Program-made: the position numbers and the translations under genes | Assembly (NCBI GenBank): GCA_037446575.1 | Contig: JBBIII010000005.1 | Location: 13,033-77,032, forward strand | Direction of reading: 5' to 3' | Length of the DNA stretch: 64,000 nt | DNA from: Ignavibacteriales bacterium | Lineage (GTDB): Bacteria > Bacteroidota > Ignavibacteria > UBA10030 | The notes under the pieces: model-generated | Database searches by the model: none | Told to the model about the DNA's origin: nothing | The model's input: only the letters and a program-made list of their open reading frames with translations | Part shown: one piece after another, positions 18,162 through 28,449 of the stretch | Layout: every line of letters begins with the position of its first letter | Position numbering within the stretch: position 1 is the first letter of the stretch

Positions 18162-19214
18162 ATGAAAAAAATAACAATTGAAGATGTTGCTAAACGAGCA
18201 AAAGTTTCAAAGGGGACAGTATCTGCAGTTATTAACGCCAAAACTTCAGTAAAGCCGGCAACCCGCGATCATATTTTAGAAGTAATGAAAGAACTAAATT
18301 TTAGACCTCGCGGAATGGCTATGAATTTAAAAAATGGCAATTTAGATAAAAGTATTGGAATAATTTTAAAAGACATTAATTATCCTTTCTATACTTCTAT
18401 TGCATTGGGCGTATCAAAGTACGCAAACAGTAAAGGGTATTCAGTAGTTGTGGCAAGCTCTAATGACAGTCATGAGTGTGAAAAAAAACTTACGCATTTA
18501 TTTTCCGCTAAAGATATTAAAGGCGTAATTATTGCTCCTGTGGTAGAAGGAACTGCAGAAATTGAACATCTTTTTAGACTAAAAATGATTAATTATCCTT
18601 TTGTTCTTCTTGAAGATGTAAAAGGTATTCAAGCAAATGTAGTTGCCATCGATAATAAAAATGCAATTAAACAAGCTGTCGCCTACTTAATTGAGAACGG
18701 TCATAAAAATATTGTCCATTTTGCAGGTCCGCCGCAATCATCTCATACTCAAGAACGAATCGAGGGCTTTCGTCATGCATTTAGCGAAAGCTCGTTAATT
18801 TTTAGAGATGAAATGATTGTATCGATTGGTTCTGATTTCGACGAATGTTTCAAAAAAACTAAGGATTACTTCAAAAATCTGCACACAGAAGACTATCCTA
18901 CAGCAATTGTGTGTTTTAATGATCATCAAGCCCTAGCAGTTATACTTGCGCTTAAAGAACTATCTATTAAAGTGCCTGATGATATTTCTATCATAGGCAA
19001 CGATGATATTTACTATGCGAGAATTTATCCTGTTCCATTAACAACAATACGCACACCGCAACATGAAATAGGAATAAAGGCGGCGGAAATATTAATAAGG
19101 GCTATTGAATCGCCAACACTTGTGTCACTAGAACGAGTATTTCTTTCAACTGAATTTATTGTTCGCGAATCTTCAAAAATAATAAAAACACCTTCGTTGC
19201 AAAAAGCCAATTAA
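18162..19214 (+). CDS. LacI-family transcriptional regulator.
   Basis: N-terminal HTH (IEDVAKRAKVSKGTVSAVIN) followed by a periplasmic-binding-protein-like sugar-binding domain. 350 aa. Confidence 0.85.
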   Translation: MKKITIEDVAKRAKVSKGTVSAVINAKTSVKPATRDHILEVMKELNFRPRGMAMNLKNGNLDKSIGIILKDINYPFYTSIALGVSKYANSKGYSVVVASSNDSHECEKKLTHLFSAKDIKGVIIAPVVEGTAEIEHLFRLKMINYPFVLLEDVKGIQANVVAIDNKNAIKQAVAYLIENGHKNIVHFAGPPQSSHTQERIEGFRHAFSESSLIFRDEMIVSIGSDFDECFKKTKDYFKNLHTEDYPTAIVCFNDHQALAVILALKELSIKVPDDISIIGNDDIYYARIYPVPLTTIRTPQHEIGIKAAEILIRAIESPTLVSLERVFLSTEFIVRESSKIIKTPSLQKAN

Positions 19215-19244
19215 CGCGATGCAGGGAAGCTTAAATTATTTCAA

Positions 19245-22109
19245 TTATAAGAATTTATTAACGTTTAATTTTCTACTACCTTCGAATGACTGATTTAAAA
19301 GCGTAACTGGATGGATTGTTACAACGTTTGTCCCTTGTTTTATTTGAATTTGACAAGTTCCACATCCCGATAAAACAAAATCAGGTTTTACTCTCTTTAT
19401 TTCTGCAAATAGCTTCGAACCTATTTTCATCGACATATCAAAATTTTCTTTCTTCATTCCATATGTTCCTGCGATACCACAACAGGCATCCTCAATTTTT
19501 TTAATTTCCAAATTGGGAATCAAACTTAATAAATCAATAGGGCTATATTTTGCTTTCTGCGCTTTTAGATGACAAGGAGCATGATAGACTGCCTGTTTAT
19601 TGATAGGAATAAAATCGCCTTCAAATTTATTTTCTAAAAAAACATTACCTAAAAATGAGTGAATATCATAACTATCCTCTGCAATTTTAATTAAAGCAGA
19701 ATTATCAGAAAATAAGTCAATATATTCATGCATAAATGCGTAACCGCAAGATGCGCTTGAAAATACAATCGGGATTTTCTGCTCGGCATAAGGCAACAGA
19801 ACATTTATATTGTATTCAATATCTCTAATCGATCCGCTAATGTTTCCGTATGAAATTTTTGCGATGTTGCAGCATTTCCAATCCGGAAGAATTACATCAA
19901 AATTTAGTTTTTTTAATAATTGAATACTGTTCTCTAATTCTCCATCCGGATCATTAAATTGAGCGGCGCAACCACTCCATAATACTACTTTCTTTCTCTG
20001 TTCAATTTGTTCAGATGAATATTTCCTATACCTTGAAAAAGTTGGAAATTCTCTCCTTCTATCAATGCCTGTAATATAGTGCATTACTTTCCTCACTAAC
20101 ACGTTGGAAAGTATTTTGTTGCTTAATGGCGATAATATAGACGATAACCGGCTTACTTGCCTTCCCCGCTGTAAAATAAATTCATTAATCTTATAATATT
20201 TTTTCTTGTACAATTTTTCCTTTGCTAAAATCACAATTCCGGGAATATTCACCGCTGTTGGACAATCTGTTAAACATTGCGCACAATTGAAGCAATAATC
20301 CATAATCTTATAAAATTGCTTAGATACAAATACAGATTGATCAATTTTTCCGGAAAGAATTCCGCGCAAAATATTTGCTTTTGCTCTTGCGGTCGCATCT
20401 TCCCTTCCTGTTGCTTTAAATACCGGACAATATTCTCTGCAAGTTCCACAACCATGACATTTTTCAATTTCTTCTCGCCATAAATCGGAATCTAATTTTG
20501 ATGATATCGGTAGATAGGAATAATTTGGCGAATAACGCAAATTATCATTCCAGTTATAAGTTCTAACAGGAAGCTTCATTTCGGGATGCATAATACCAAC
20601 AGGATCAAAAAGAGTTTTTATCTCTCTGAATAATGGAATAAGCTGAGGAAAAAATTTTTCTAAAAACTGCGCGCGTAATCTTCCATCGCCATGTTCACCG
20701 CACAAAGTACCCTTAAACTTCAAAATTATATCTACATACTCATTCATAAGCTCATTTGCAAAATCAAAAGATTGCTTATCCTTAAAATTCAGAATTGGGC
20801 GTAAATGCAAATTACCATCTCCTGCATGGCCGAACATTGCGTAATTAAAAGGATATTTGTTCATCATTTCGGAAAGCGCTACAAGAAATTCTGGAAATAC
20901 ATCTGGATGCACAGCCGCATCTTCTGTAAATGGTGCGGGCTTCTCATTACCCTGAATTTTATTCAAAATAACGGTTGCAGCTTTTCTGACTTTAAGAATA
21001 TTTTCAATCTCTGTTTCATTTGTCGAAAACGCTCCGACGTCAGCTAATTTGTTCTTTTCACTGATAATTTTTTTAGCTTCGATAAGTTTATTTTCAATAT
21101 TCTCTAATTTATTATCTTCAAATTCTACATATAAAAGATACTTTACAGATTCCGGAAGAAATCTTCTTAACTCCGGCTTAAAAGAAAGGGCAAGTTTAAT
21201 AAATGAATGATCGACAAATTCTATTGCTGAAGCTTCTAAGTTTCTTAAATGCTGAACCGCAATTCCCATTTTCTGTAAGTCCGTAAAATAAAGCGAGATC
21301 AATCCTCTATGTTTTATAAGTGGAATTGTGTTTAGCACGGCATCTATAAAAATTCCTAAAGTACCTTCACTCCCTGCCATTAACGATGCCATATTCAAAT
21401 GAGTTGTGGTAAGAATATCCCATACTTGATAACCAGAAGAATTTTTAGTTGCATGCGGTTTACTATTAATTATTTCTTTAGAATACTCGATGAGAAGCTC
21501 CCTAACCTTTTCATAATAAGGCCGATGAAAATCGTCTAACGAAGAAATTTCATTTAGAGGAATATTTTTAGCTTTGAATATTTTTCCGTTGGATAGGATT
21601 AAATTAATCTCCTCCACGTGTTTGTACATATTTCCATGTTTGATTGTGTGAGGTCCACCGCTATTATTGCCTAACATGCCGCCAATCACGCAAATGTTAC
21701 CGCTACTTGGGTCGGGACCAAATTTACATCTATACGGAAATAAATATTTTTGTAAATCGTTTAGAACAACTCCAACACCGCAATTGACTAATCCTTCTGT
21801 AACAATTTCAATCTTATTGAAATGTTGAGTCATATCAAGAATAACTGCTTTGCCTACTGCATTACCCGATAAACTCGATCCAGCCCCGCGTGGTAATATT
21901 GGAATTTGATATTTCTTACATATCTCCACTGTTGTAATAACGTCTTCGATGTTGTGTGGTATCACCACTGCTAATGGAGAGATTTCAAAAAGACAAGCGG
22001 CAGTGCTATAAAGTTGCAACGTTACAGTATCCCAACTTACTTTGGCTTTGAGTTTCGAATCTAACTCTAAAAGCCAATTAGGCAAGTTTTTATTGATTTT
22101 GTTTTTCAT
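19245..22109 (-). CDS. FAD-binding oxidase fused to an Fe-S cluster-binding domain (GlcD-GlcF fusion, YdiJ-like 2-hydroxyacid dehydrogenase).
   Basis: 954 aa. The N-terminal half looks like an FAD-linked oxidase. The C-terminal half carries two 4Fe-4S ferredoxin-type CxxCxxCxxxCP motifs (CHGCGTCREYCP, CFNCAQCLTDCP) and Cys-rich CCG-like repeats. Confidence 0.8.
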   Translation of the reverse strand: MKNKINKNLPNWLLELDSKLKAKVSWDTVTLQLYSTAACLFEISPLAVVIPHNIEDVITTVEICKKYQIPILPRGAGSSLSGNAVGKAVILDMTQHFNKIEIVTEGLVNCGVGVVLNDLQKYLFPYRCKFGPDPSSGNICVIGGMLGNNSGGPHTIKHGNMYKHVEEINLILSNGKIFKAKNIPLNEISSLDDFHRPYYEKVRELLIEYSKEIINSKPHATKNSSGYQVWDILTTTHLNMASLMAGSEGTLGIFIDAVLNTIPLIKHRGLISLYFTDLQKMGIAVQHLRNLEASAIEFVDHSFIKLALSFKPELRRFLPESVKYLLYVEFEDNKLENIENKLIEAKKIISEKNKLADVGAFSTNETEIENILKVRKAATVILNKIQGNEKPAPFTEDAAVHPDVFPEFLVALSEMMNKYPFNYAMFGHAGDGNLHLRPILNFKDKQSFDFANELMNEYVDIILKFKGTLCGEHGDGRLRAQFLEKFFPQLIPLFREIKTLFDPVGIMHPEMKLPVRTYNWNDNLRYSPNYSYLPISSKLDSDLWREEIEKCHGCGTCREYCPVFKATGREDATARAKANILRGILSGKIDQSVFVSKQFYKIMDYCFNCAQCLTDCPTAVNIPGIVILAKEKLYKKKYYKINEFILQRGRQVSRLSSILSPLSNKILSNVLVRKVMHYITGIDRRREFPTFSRYRKYSSEQIEQRKKVVLWSGCAAQFNDPDGELENSIQLLKKLNFDVILPDWKCCNIAKISYGNISGSIRDIEYNINVLLPYAEQKIPIVFSSASCGYAFMHEYIDLFSDNSALIKIAEDSYDIHSFLGNVFLENKFEGDFIPINKQAVYHAPCHLKAQKAKYSPIDLLSLIPNLEIKKIEDACCGIAGTYGMKKENFDMSMKIGSKLFAEIKRVKPDFVLSGCGTCQIQIKQGTNVVTIHPVTLLNQSFEGSRKLNVNKFL

Positions 22110-22140
22110 ATAGGAACAATTATACGCATATTTAAAACAA

Positions 22141-22180
22141 AACGCCCGATAAGGATCGGGCGCTTTATATTTTTTTTACT
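22141..22180. terminator. Intrinsic terminator hairpin between the uxaE-like gene and the FAD/Fe-S oxidase gene.
   Basis: cgcccgat-aagg-atcgggcg forms an 8-bp GC-rich stem. It is followed by ctttatatttttttt on the plus strand and by a T-rich tract on the minus strand as well. Confidence 0.5.
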
Positions 22181-22211
22181 CTAATAAAAAATACTACTTT
22201 AGTTAGATTGT

Positions 22212-23459
22212 TTATTTTAGAAATAACGGAGATAAATGCCGCTTAAAAATATTTCCTGTTACAGCTTCGCTAACTGTTTCCTTATAAGTCTTCAATGCTG
22301 AAGTATAACGCGCACCCATTTCTGCGGCGACTTTAAAAGCAACGTGAAGCATCTGCCTCAAATGTATATTAAAATCCGGACAATTTTGTTCGTGTTGCAG
22401 CGCCGAAACAAATTTTTCTTTAGTCCATCCAGCAACTTCTGAGGGCAAAGGAAGCTTTGCTCTATCTATTGCAACAACGGTTGCATATGGCTTGCATAAT
22501 TCATCAATCCGTGCAAATGCTTGAGCATAGATTTCTTTGGCAATCTCTAAGCCCTCTCCATCAGCCGAGGCTAATCCAATTATTTCTTCTAACCACGTGG
22601 TGCCAGCAGTCTTTAAATGTAAACCGGCGTTATGTTTCTTGATAACCTTATTTATTATCGGATAAAGTGAAAATTTATCGCTTCCTGAGTGTACGCTAAG
22701 TTTAAGATTTTTTGGAAGATTAAAAATATTAACAGCATAAGCTATAACAAGAATATCCTCTTCAAATTCCTGCGCAAATGAATTCACATCTCCAACATAA
22801 TCAATGCCTTTTAAGAATTGACCTGAAAACTTTGGAGCTATTGTTTGCACCGGAATCCCTTCTTGCGCAATTGCCGCGAGAATAAAAAATAATTCTACTG
22901 GTGTTTGCGGCGTGTCGGTTTCATCCATAGATACTTCAACAATAAAATTATCTTCTCCTTTATTCCTTTTAATATGCAGAAAAGTCTTTGCAGCCTCCTT
23001 AACCGCATAAAGGTATTTTGTTCCAATTGCCTTGATAGACTCTTTAGTTACAACGATATCCCGATTCACACCTGGTATTTGCAAATTTCCAATAAACTTC
23101 TCATTGGAACGCTCAAAAGTTTCAAGCTCGCTTGCTTCAGCAGTTTTTCCAATATAGTCTGCAACGTCAAGCGTAAAGAAATTGCAGTGTGGAATAAATT
23201 TATCAACATTACTAATACCGATATGATCAGCATCGACATAATATGAATTTGTCCAACCTGTTTCTTTTACAGCCACATCAGCTTCGCGTCTTGTATCTTC
23301 TGGATTTGTACCAATAATCGTATGTTCACGGTTAGATTTATTCCAGACTGGCACAACTTTTATGCCTTGCTTCTCTGCCAGTTGTAAAGCTTTTAATTGC
23401 GCAATACCTTGATGACCAAACCTATCTCCAACACCAATCGAATATTTTTCTATTCTCAT
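22212..23459 (-). CDS. UxaE-like tagaturonate/fructuronate epimerase family protein (tentative).
   Basis: 415 aa. The motifs VSMDETDTPQTP, SVHSGSDKFSLYP and HLKTAGTTWLEEI match my recollection of the Thermotoga-type UxaE family. No search was possible. Confidence 0.45.
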   Translation of the reverse strand: MRIEKYSIGVGDRFGHQGIAQLKALQLAEKQGIKVVPVWNKSNREHTIIGTNPEDTRREADVAVKETGWTNSYYVDADHIGISNVDKFIPHCNFFTLDVADYIGKTAEASELETFERSNEKFIGNLQIPGVNRDIVVTKESIKAIGTKYLYAVKEAAKTFLHIKRNKGEDNFIVEVSMDETDTPQTPVELFFILAAIAQEGIPVQTIAPKFSGQFLKGIDYVGDVNSFAQEFEEDILVIAYAVNIFNLPKNLKLSVHSGSDKFSLYPIINKVIKKHNAGLHLKTAGTTWLEEIIGLASADGEGLEIAKEIYAQAFARIDELCKPYATVVAIDRAKLPLPSEVAGWTKEKFVSALQHEQNCPDFNIHLRQMLHVAFKVAAEMGARYTSALKTYKETVSEAVTGNIFKRHLSPLFLK

Positions 23460-23717
23460 TTCATCTCCTAGCTTTATCGTTAACTTTAATAAATAAGATA
23501 ATCTTCAACACATCTTTTTCTCACTTAAAATTTTAAAATACTCTCCCCTTCTTAAAGTTCTGGCTTTTCAAAGTTTGTAAAAACGTCTTATCTAAATTAA
23601 CTAGAACTTACTATTTTATATAAAAGCTTGTATATATTTAAACATTTTTTTTGCCATCGTCAATAGAAAAAACATTTAAATTTTCTAATGATCTTTTTTA
23701 TCTATTACAATTTTTAA

Positions 23718-24758
23718 TCATTGCAAAAAAGAAGTTTTAGCAATTTCAAATATTTTATCCGCTTTAATTTCTCGCATACATTTAAAGTGTCCTTCTGGAC
23801 ATTTCGCACTGCCGATATGAGAACAAGGACGACATTTTAATTCATTATTTTCTATAACTATGCAATTTTGCCCAATCGGGAAGAAACCAAACTCCTTAAC
23901 AGTTGGTCCAAATATTGCGATTATCCCCTTTTTTAGGGCGCATGCTATATGCATCAATCCTGTATCATTCGTTACAATAAGGTTACAACAATCTATTGCC
24001 GATGCAGTTTGCAATAAATTCAGCTTTCCGCTTAGATTAATTGCGCTGAGACTATCGGTATTATTTATTTCATCTGTTATAAATTTACACGTAGTAAAAT
24101 CAGCTTCACTGCCGAATAAGAATATTTTTAAGCCTGTCTTTACTAAAATCTTACCTAATTCTAAATAGTATTCTTTGGGCCAACATTTAGTGTAATGTTT
24201 TGCTGAGGGGCAAAAACCAATGACCTTATCACTTTTTTTTATACCGAGATTATTTAATAGAGAATTAGTTTCCAATCGAATAGTTTCTGGAATATTTAAT
24301 TCTAGGCCTTTATTATCATCATATATTCCAAAATCTTTAACGGTTTCGATATATCGATACGGTATTGGAATTATTCTTTTGTAATAATTTTTTTTGGACT
24401 TTATTAAAAGAGTTCTAGCAAAAATACGTTTATTTATTTTTACTTGTTTTGCGTTATTACCTAAGCGTAAATATTTGCTTCGTAAGTTGTTATGAATATC
24501 TATTATCAATTCATAATTTTCTTTTCGTAGTTCTTTCTTTAATTCTCTTAAACCACATATTCCTTTGCTTTTTTCAAATTCATAAAGTGTGTTCAGATTT
24601 GTATTAAATTTTAGAAGATCAGCATATTCTTTGTGAATAATAAAATCAATTTTGGCATAAGGAAATTTAGCCCGCAAAACTCGCAGTAATGGAGTTGTCA
24701 GCACAATGTCTCCAATGGAACTAAGTCGAATGATTAGTATTTTAGATGGAGTTACCAT
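23718..24758 (-). CDS. Glycosyltransferase family 9 (ADP-heptose:LPS heptosyltransferase-like).
   Basis: MVTPSKILIIRLSSIGDIVLTTPLLRVLRAKFP is the classic GT9 N-terminus. The ORF track extends 46 codons further upstream (to 24896), but that extension is basic and low-complexity. I place the start at the internal ATG at 24758..24756. Confidence 0.75.
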   Translation of the reverse strand: MVTPSKILIIRLSSIGDIVLTTPLLRVLRAKFPYAKIDFIIHKEYADLLKFNTNLNTLYEFEKSKGICGLRELKKELRKENYELIIDIHNNLRSKYLRLGNNAKQVKINKRIFARTLLIKSKKNYYKRIIPIPYRYIETVKDFGIYDDNKGLELNIPETIRLETNSLLNNLGIKKSDKVIGFCPSAKHYTKCWPKEYYLELGKILVKTGLKIFLFGSEADFTTCKFITDEINNTDSLSAINLSGKLNLLQTASAIDCCNLIVTNDTGLMHIACALKKGIIAIFGPTVKEFGFFPIGQNCIVIENNELKCRPCSHIGSAKCPEGHFKCMREIKADKIFEIAKTSFLQ

Positions 24759-24914
24759 TTTTTTAAAAAATACTTTGTTTTTTATGAAGTCGCAATTTTT
24801 TTTATGGGCTATTTTGCATCTATATTTTATACATGAATTCGTATTGTTGAATCTCGGCAATTTTTTCCGCATTTTACTGATGAAATATTTTTCCAAACAA
24901 GTTTTGAAAAACGA

Positions 24915-25679
24915 ATGATTTTAGTATACCCGGCTATAGAAATAAGTAATGAATGCTGTGTACAAATAGTACATGGACTACCTGGAGCAGAACATATATA
25001 TTCAGTTGATCCGGTGCAGCTTGCGATTATGTGGAGAGGCGAAAATGCTAAAACATTGCATGTAGTTGATTTAGATGGTGTTGCAGAGGGATATGTAGTA
25101 AATGAATATGTAATTAGAAAGCTTGTTAAAGCCGTAGATATTCCAATTCAAGTGGGCGGCGGACTTAGGACTTATGAGGCAATAAAAAGAGTTCTCGATC
25201 TTGGAGCATACAGAGTTGCTATAGGAACTGCCGCTGTTGAACAGCCTGGATTGGTTGAACAATTAGTAAAAGAATTTGGAACTCGGAAAATTGCAGTAGG
25301 TATAATTTCTGAAAATGGAAAAGTAACGATTAAAGGGGGAGCAAAACCGACCGAAATTTCCCCTGTGGAGCTTGCAGTTCAGATGGCAAAGCTTGGCGTG
25401 TCAAGAATTTTATATGGCGAGCGTGTAGATGGAGAAATTGGCATCAAGGCATCATATGATATATTAAAAGAAATTGCGATAGCAAGCGGCATTCGCGTAA
25501 CAGCGCGCGGCGGCGTTTCTACATATAAAGATTTAGTAAAATTACAGGAATTAGAAAAATATGGAGTCGATTCGGTAGTAGTTGGTAAACCTCTTTATGA
25601 AAATCGGTTCCCCTGCCAAGCATTATGGCGACTTAATGAATTAGCTCTTGATGATCTTGGTCCAACACGGAGAATATAG
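24915..25679 (+). CDS. HisA/HisF-family (beta/alpha)8-barrel isomerase, stand-alone (no other his genes nearby).
   Basis: 254 aa. VYPAIEI...LHVVDLDG...IQVGGGLRTYEAIKRVLDLGAYRVAIGTAAVEQPGLV matches the HisA ProFAR-isomerase family. The position of the usual N-terminal catalytic Asp is Glu here (AIEI instead of AIDL). Confidence 0.7.
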   Translation: MILVYPAIEISNECCVQIVHGLPGAEHIYSVDPVQLAIMWRGENAKTLHVVDLDGVAEGYVVNEYVIRKLVKAVDIPIQVGGGLRTYEAIKRVLDLGAYRVAIGTAAVEQPGLVEQLVKEFGTRKIAVGIISENGKVTIKGGAKPTEISPVELAVQMAKLGVSRILYGERVDGEIGIKASYDILKEIAIASGIRVTARGGVSTYKDLVKLQELEKYGVDSVVVGKPLYENRFPCQALWRLNELALDDLGPTRRI

Positions 25680-26657
25680 ATGGTTATTACTGTCATTGGT
25701 CATATATGTAAGGACATAGTGCATAAACCGAAAGAAGAAGATACCACGCAGGAATCGTTCGGTGGAATAATATATACAATCCTTACACTTGCTAATTTGA
25801 TGACAGAAAAGGACAAAATTCAACCGGTTTTCGGCATTGGGCAAAGCGATTATGAACAATTGATAGAGCAACTTTCTCTTTATAAAAATATCGACACAAG
25901 CGGAATATTTCGATTTAAGGGGACAACAAATGAAGTTCATTTATTTTATCACAAAGATAACCAGACACGTATTGAATGTTCATCGAATATTTCGCCGCCA
26001 ATTCCGTTTAATAAGATTAGATCATATATAGACAGCGATGGAATTATCATCAATATGGTTTCTGGCTTTGATATAACGCTTGAGACTTTGGACTACATAA
26101 GGATGGAAATTCGAGAACAAAAGACTCCAATTCATTTTGATTTTCATTCTTTAACGCTTGGCATCGATCAAGAAAATAAAAGATTTCGAAGACCTCTAAC
26201 TGATTGGCGTAGGTGGTGCTTCATGTTAAAATCTATTCAGATGAGTGAAGAGGAAGCGTTAGGATTATCGGCGGAACGATACGATGAGAAAACACTAATT
26301 AACCATTTAATGCCGTTAATGGTAGAAACGCTATTGATTACGCGTGGGAAGAAAGGCGTTTCTGTTATTGTGCAGGACATTCATAAAAAGTTAACAAGAA
26401 AAAATATCGCTGGTGAGTCTTTCGGAAAAGCAATCGATCCGACGGGCTGTGGCGATGTTTTCGGCGCCGCTTTTCATTATCTCTATTTGAAAACAAAAGA
26501 CAGCTTTTTTGCCGCTGAAAGCGCAAATAAAATTGCAGCATTAAATGCTACATTTAGAAGCGCAAAGGAGCTTGTTGGATTGCGTTCAGCAATAGAACAA
26601 AATGAAATTCTGCTTGCCAAACCTTCTTCAAATGGAAAATCTGTTAATAGTAATTGA
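25680..26657 (+). CDS. PfkB-family carbohydrate kinase.
   Basis: 325 aa with the C-terminal DPTGCGDVFGAAF motif (the PfkB 'DxTGAGD' signature). Its start codon abuts the stop of the HisA-like gene (0-nt gap). Confidence 0.75.
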   Translation: MVITVIGHICKDIVHKPKEEDTTQESFGGIIYTILTLANLMTEKDKIQPVFGIGQSDYEQLIEQLSLYKNIDTSGIFRFKGTTNEVHLFYHKDNQTRIECSSNISPPIPFNKIRSYIDSDGIIINMVSGFDITLETLDYIRMEIREQKTPIHFDFHSLTLGIDQENKRFRRPLTDWRRWCFMLKSIQMSEEEALGLSAERYDEKTLINHLMPLMVETLLITRGKKGVSVIVQDIHKKLTRKNIAGESFGKAIDPTGCGDVFGAAFHYLYLKTKDSFFAAESANKIAALNATFRSAKELVGLRSAIEQNEILLAKPSSNGKSVNSN

Positions 26658-26674
26658 TGCTTGGGATATAAGAA

Positions 26675-27523
26675 ATGATTTTAAAAGAAAGAATTGAATT
26701 ATTTTATAATCAAGATGTAGAAAAGATAGATAAACGAGAGGCGCTAAAGGCAATTAACGAATTAAAATTTTTTTTAAACATTGGCGATATCCGATTTGCA
26801 GTCCCATCTTCAGTGCCAGGGAACCAAAGCGGTTGGTTAATTAATGAGTGGGTAAAGAAGGGAATTTTACTTGGTTATCGAATAGGCGAATTAACCGAAA
26901 TCTCAATAAATGAACAATTCAAATTTTTCGATAAAAATACTTTTCAATTAAAAAAAATTACAAAGGAGAATCAAATCCGTTTTGCGCCAGGAGGTTCTTC
27001 GATAAGAGATGGCGTGTATATTGCACAAGATGTTGTAATAATGCCTCCATCATATATTAATGTTGGAGCATACATCGACAGCGAAACGATGATTGATTCG
27101 CATGTTCTTGTAGGTTCTTGCGCACAGATAGGTAAAAGAGTTCATCTTAGCGCGTCAGTTCAAATTGGGGGAATGTTAGAGCCGATAGAGGGCTTACCGG
27201 TAATTATTGAAGACGAAGTATTTATCGGAGGTAATTCGGGAATTTTTGAAGGCATTATAATTAAAAAAAGAGCTGTTATCGCCGCTGGAGTAATATTGAC
27301 TGGTTCGACACCGGTTTATGATCTTGTAAATGAAAAAATTTATCGAAAAACAAACGATTTGCCGCTGATTATACCTGAGGGGGCTGTTGTAGTAGCAGGG
27401 ACACGCGCTTTAAATTCTTCATTTGCCCGACAAAATAATTTATCATTGTATACACCTATAATTATAAAATATCGCGACAACGAAACTGATACTGCAACTG
27501 CATTGGAAGTGAGTATAGAGTGA
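26675..27523 (+). CDS. dapD: 2,3,4,5-tetrahydropyridine-2,6-dicarboxylate N-succinyltransferase (DapD family).
   Basis: Hexapeptide-repeat LbH domain. [64 protein letters not shown] is nearly collinear with E. coli DapD, and the N-terminal domain also matches. Confidence 0.8.
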   Translation: MILKERIELFYNQDVEKIDKREALKAINELKFFLNIGDIRFAVPSSVPGNQSGWLINEWVKKGILLGYRIGELTEISINEQFKFFDKNTFQLKKITKENQIRFAPGGSSIRDGVYIAQDVVIMPPSYINVGAYIDSETMIDSHVLVGSCAQIGKRVHLSASVQIGGMLEPIEGLPVIIEDEVFIGGNSGIFEGIIIKKRAVIAAGVILTGSTPVYDLVNEKIYRKTNDLPLIIPEGAVVVAGTRALNSSFARQNNLSLYTPIIIKYRDNETDTATALEVSIE

Positions 27524-28431
27524 AAAGAATTTTAATATGCGGAGCTAACGGTTTGCTTGGTCAGCGTTTATCGATGATGTTAAGCGTTCAAACAAACTAT
27601 GAAGTGCTCAATACTTCTGTTGAACGTTCATTTGTTTATGATAAATTATTGTTCGACTATAATCAATTGGATATAACAAACCGTAGCGACGTTAAAAGTT
27701 TAATATCGAGTTTCCAACCGGACGTAATACTAAATGCCGCTGCTGCGACTAATGTTGACCAATGCGAAACAAATCGCGAAGAAGCCTGGAAGCTTAATGT
27801 AACCGCTGTAGAAAATCTTGCCAAAGCCGCACGCAATGTTGGAGCAAGGTTTATTCACGTTTCTACCGATTATATATTCGATGGAAAAAATGGCCCGTAT
27901 GACGAGGAGACTTTACCTAACCCAATCGGATATTATGGAAAGACAAAATTAGCAAGTGAGAATGTCGTTCGCTCATCTGGAGCAAAATATGCTATACTTC
28001 GTACAAATGTACTTTACGGTTATGGTATTGGCATTAAAACAAATTTTGCGTTATGGGTTGTGAACAATCTTAAAGTCGGAAAGCAAATTAACGTTGTCGA
28101 TGATCAATACGGAAATCCGACTTATGTAAGCGATTTAGCGTTAGCTATGATTAAAACTTTTGAACTCGATCGCGAAGGAATTTTTCATATCGGTGGTAGT
28201 GAGCAACTAAGCAGATATGATTTCGCATTGATAGCGGCAAAAATATTTGAATTCGATGCGTCATTAATAAAACGAATAAAAACACATGAGCTAAAACAAA
28301 CAGCGCCTCGTCCGATGCAATCTGGTTTAATTACGCTAAAAGCAGAAACACAACTAGGTATGCGTTTTTTAAGCTCTACAGAAGGTTTGACACTTTTAAA
28401 ACACGAGCTTCAGCAAATTGGTAAAAATTGA
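27520..28431 (+). CDS. rfbD: dTDP-4-dehydrorhamnose reductase (RmlD family, SDR fold).
   Basis: Rossmann N-terminus [19 protein letters not shown]...[10 protein letters not shown] (catalytic YxxxK) and [14 protein letters not shown] are collinear with RfbD. It overlaps the dapD stop by 4 nt. Confidence 0.75.
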   Translation: MKRILICGANGLLGQRLSMMLSVQTNYEVLNTSVERSFVYDKLLFDYNQLDITNRSDVKSLISSFQPDVILNAAAATNVDQCETNREEAWKLNVTAVENLAKAARNVGARFIHVSTDYIFDGKNGPYDEETLPNPIGYYGKTKLASENVVRSSGAKYAILRTNVLYGYGIGIKTNFALWVVNNLKVGKQINVVDDQYGNPTYVSDLALAMIKTFELDREGIFHIGGSEQLSRYDFALIAAKIFEFDASLIKRIKTHELKQTAPRPMQSGLITLKAETQLGMRFLSSTEGLTLLKHELQQIGKN

Positions 28432-28449
28432 TTTAGAAAGGCGATTATT

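Noticed and set aside
24759-24896. 46-codon N-terminal extension of the GT9 glycosyltransferase ORF in the six-frame track.
   Set aside because: The extension is basic and low-complexity, with no homology to GT9 N-termini. The family-typical start MVTPSKILIIRLSSIGD begins at the internal ATG (24758). Treated as an ORF-finder artefact.
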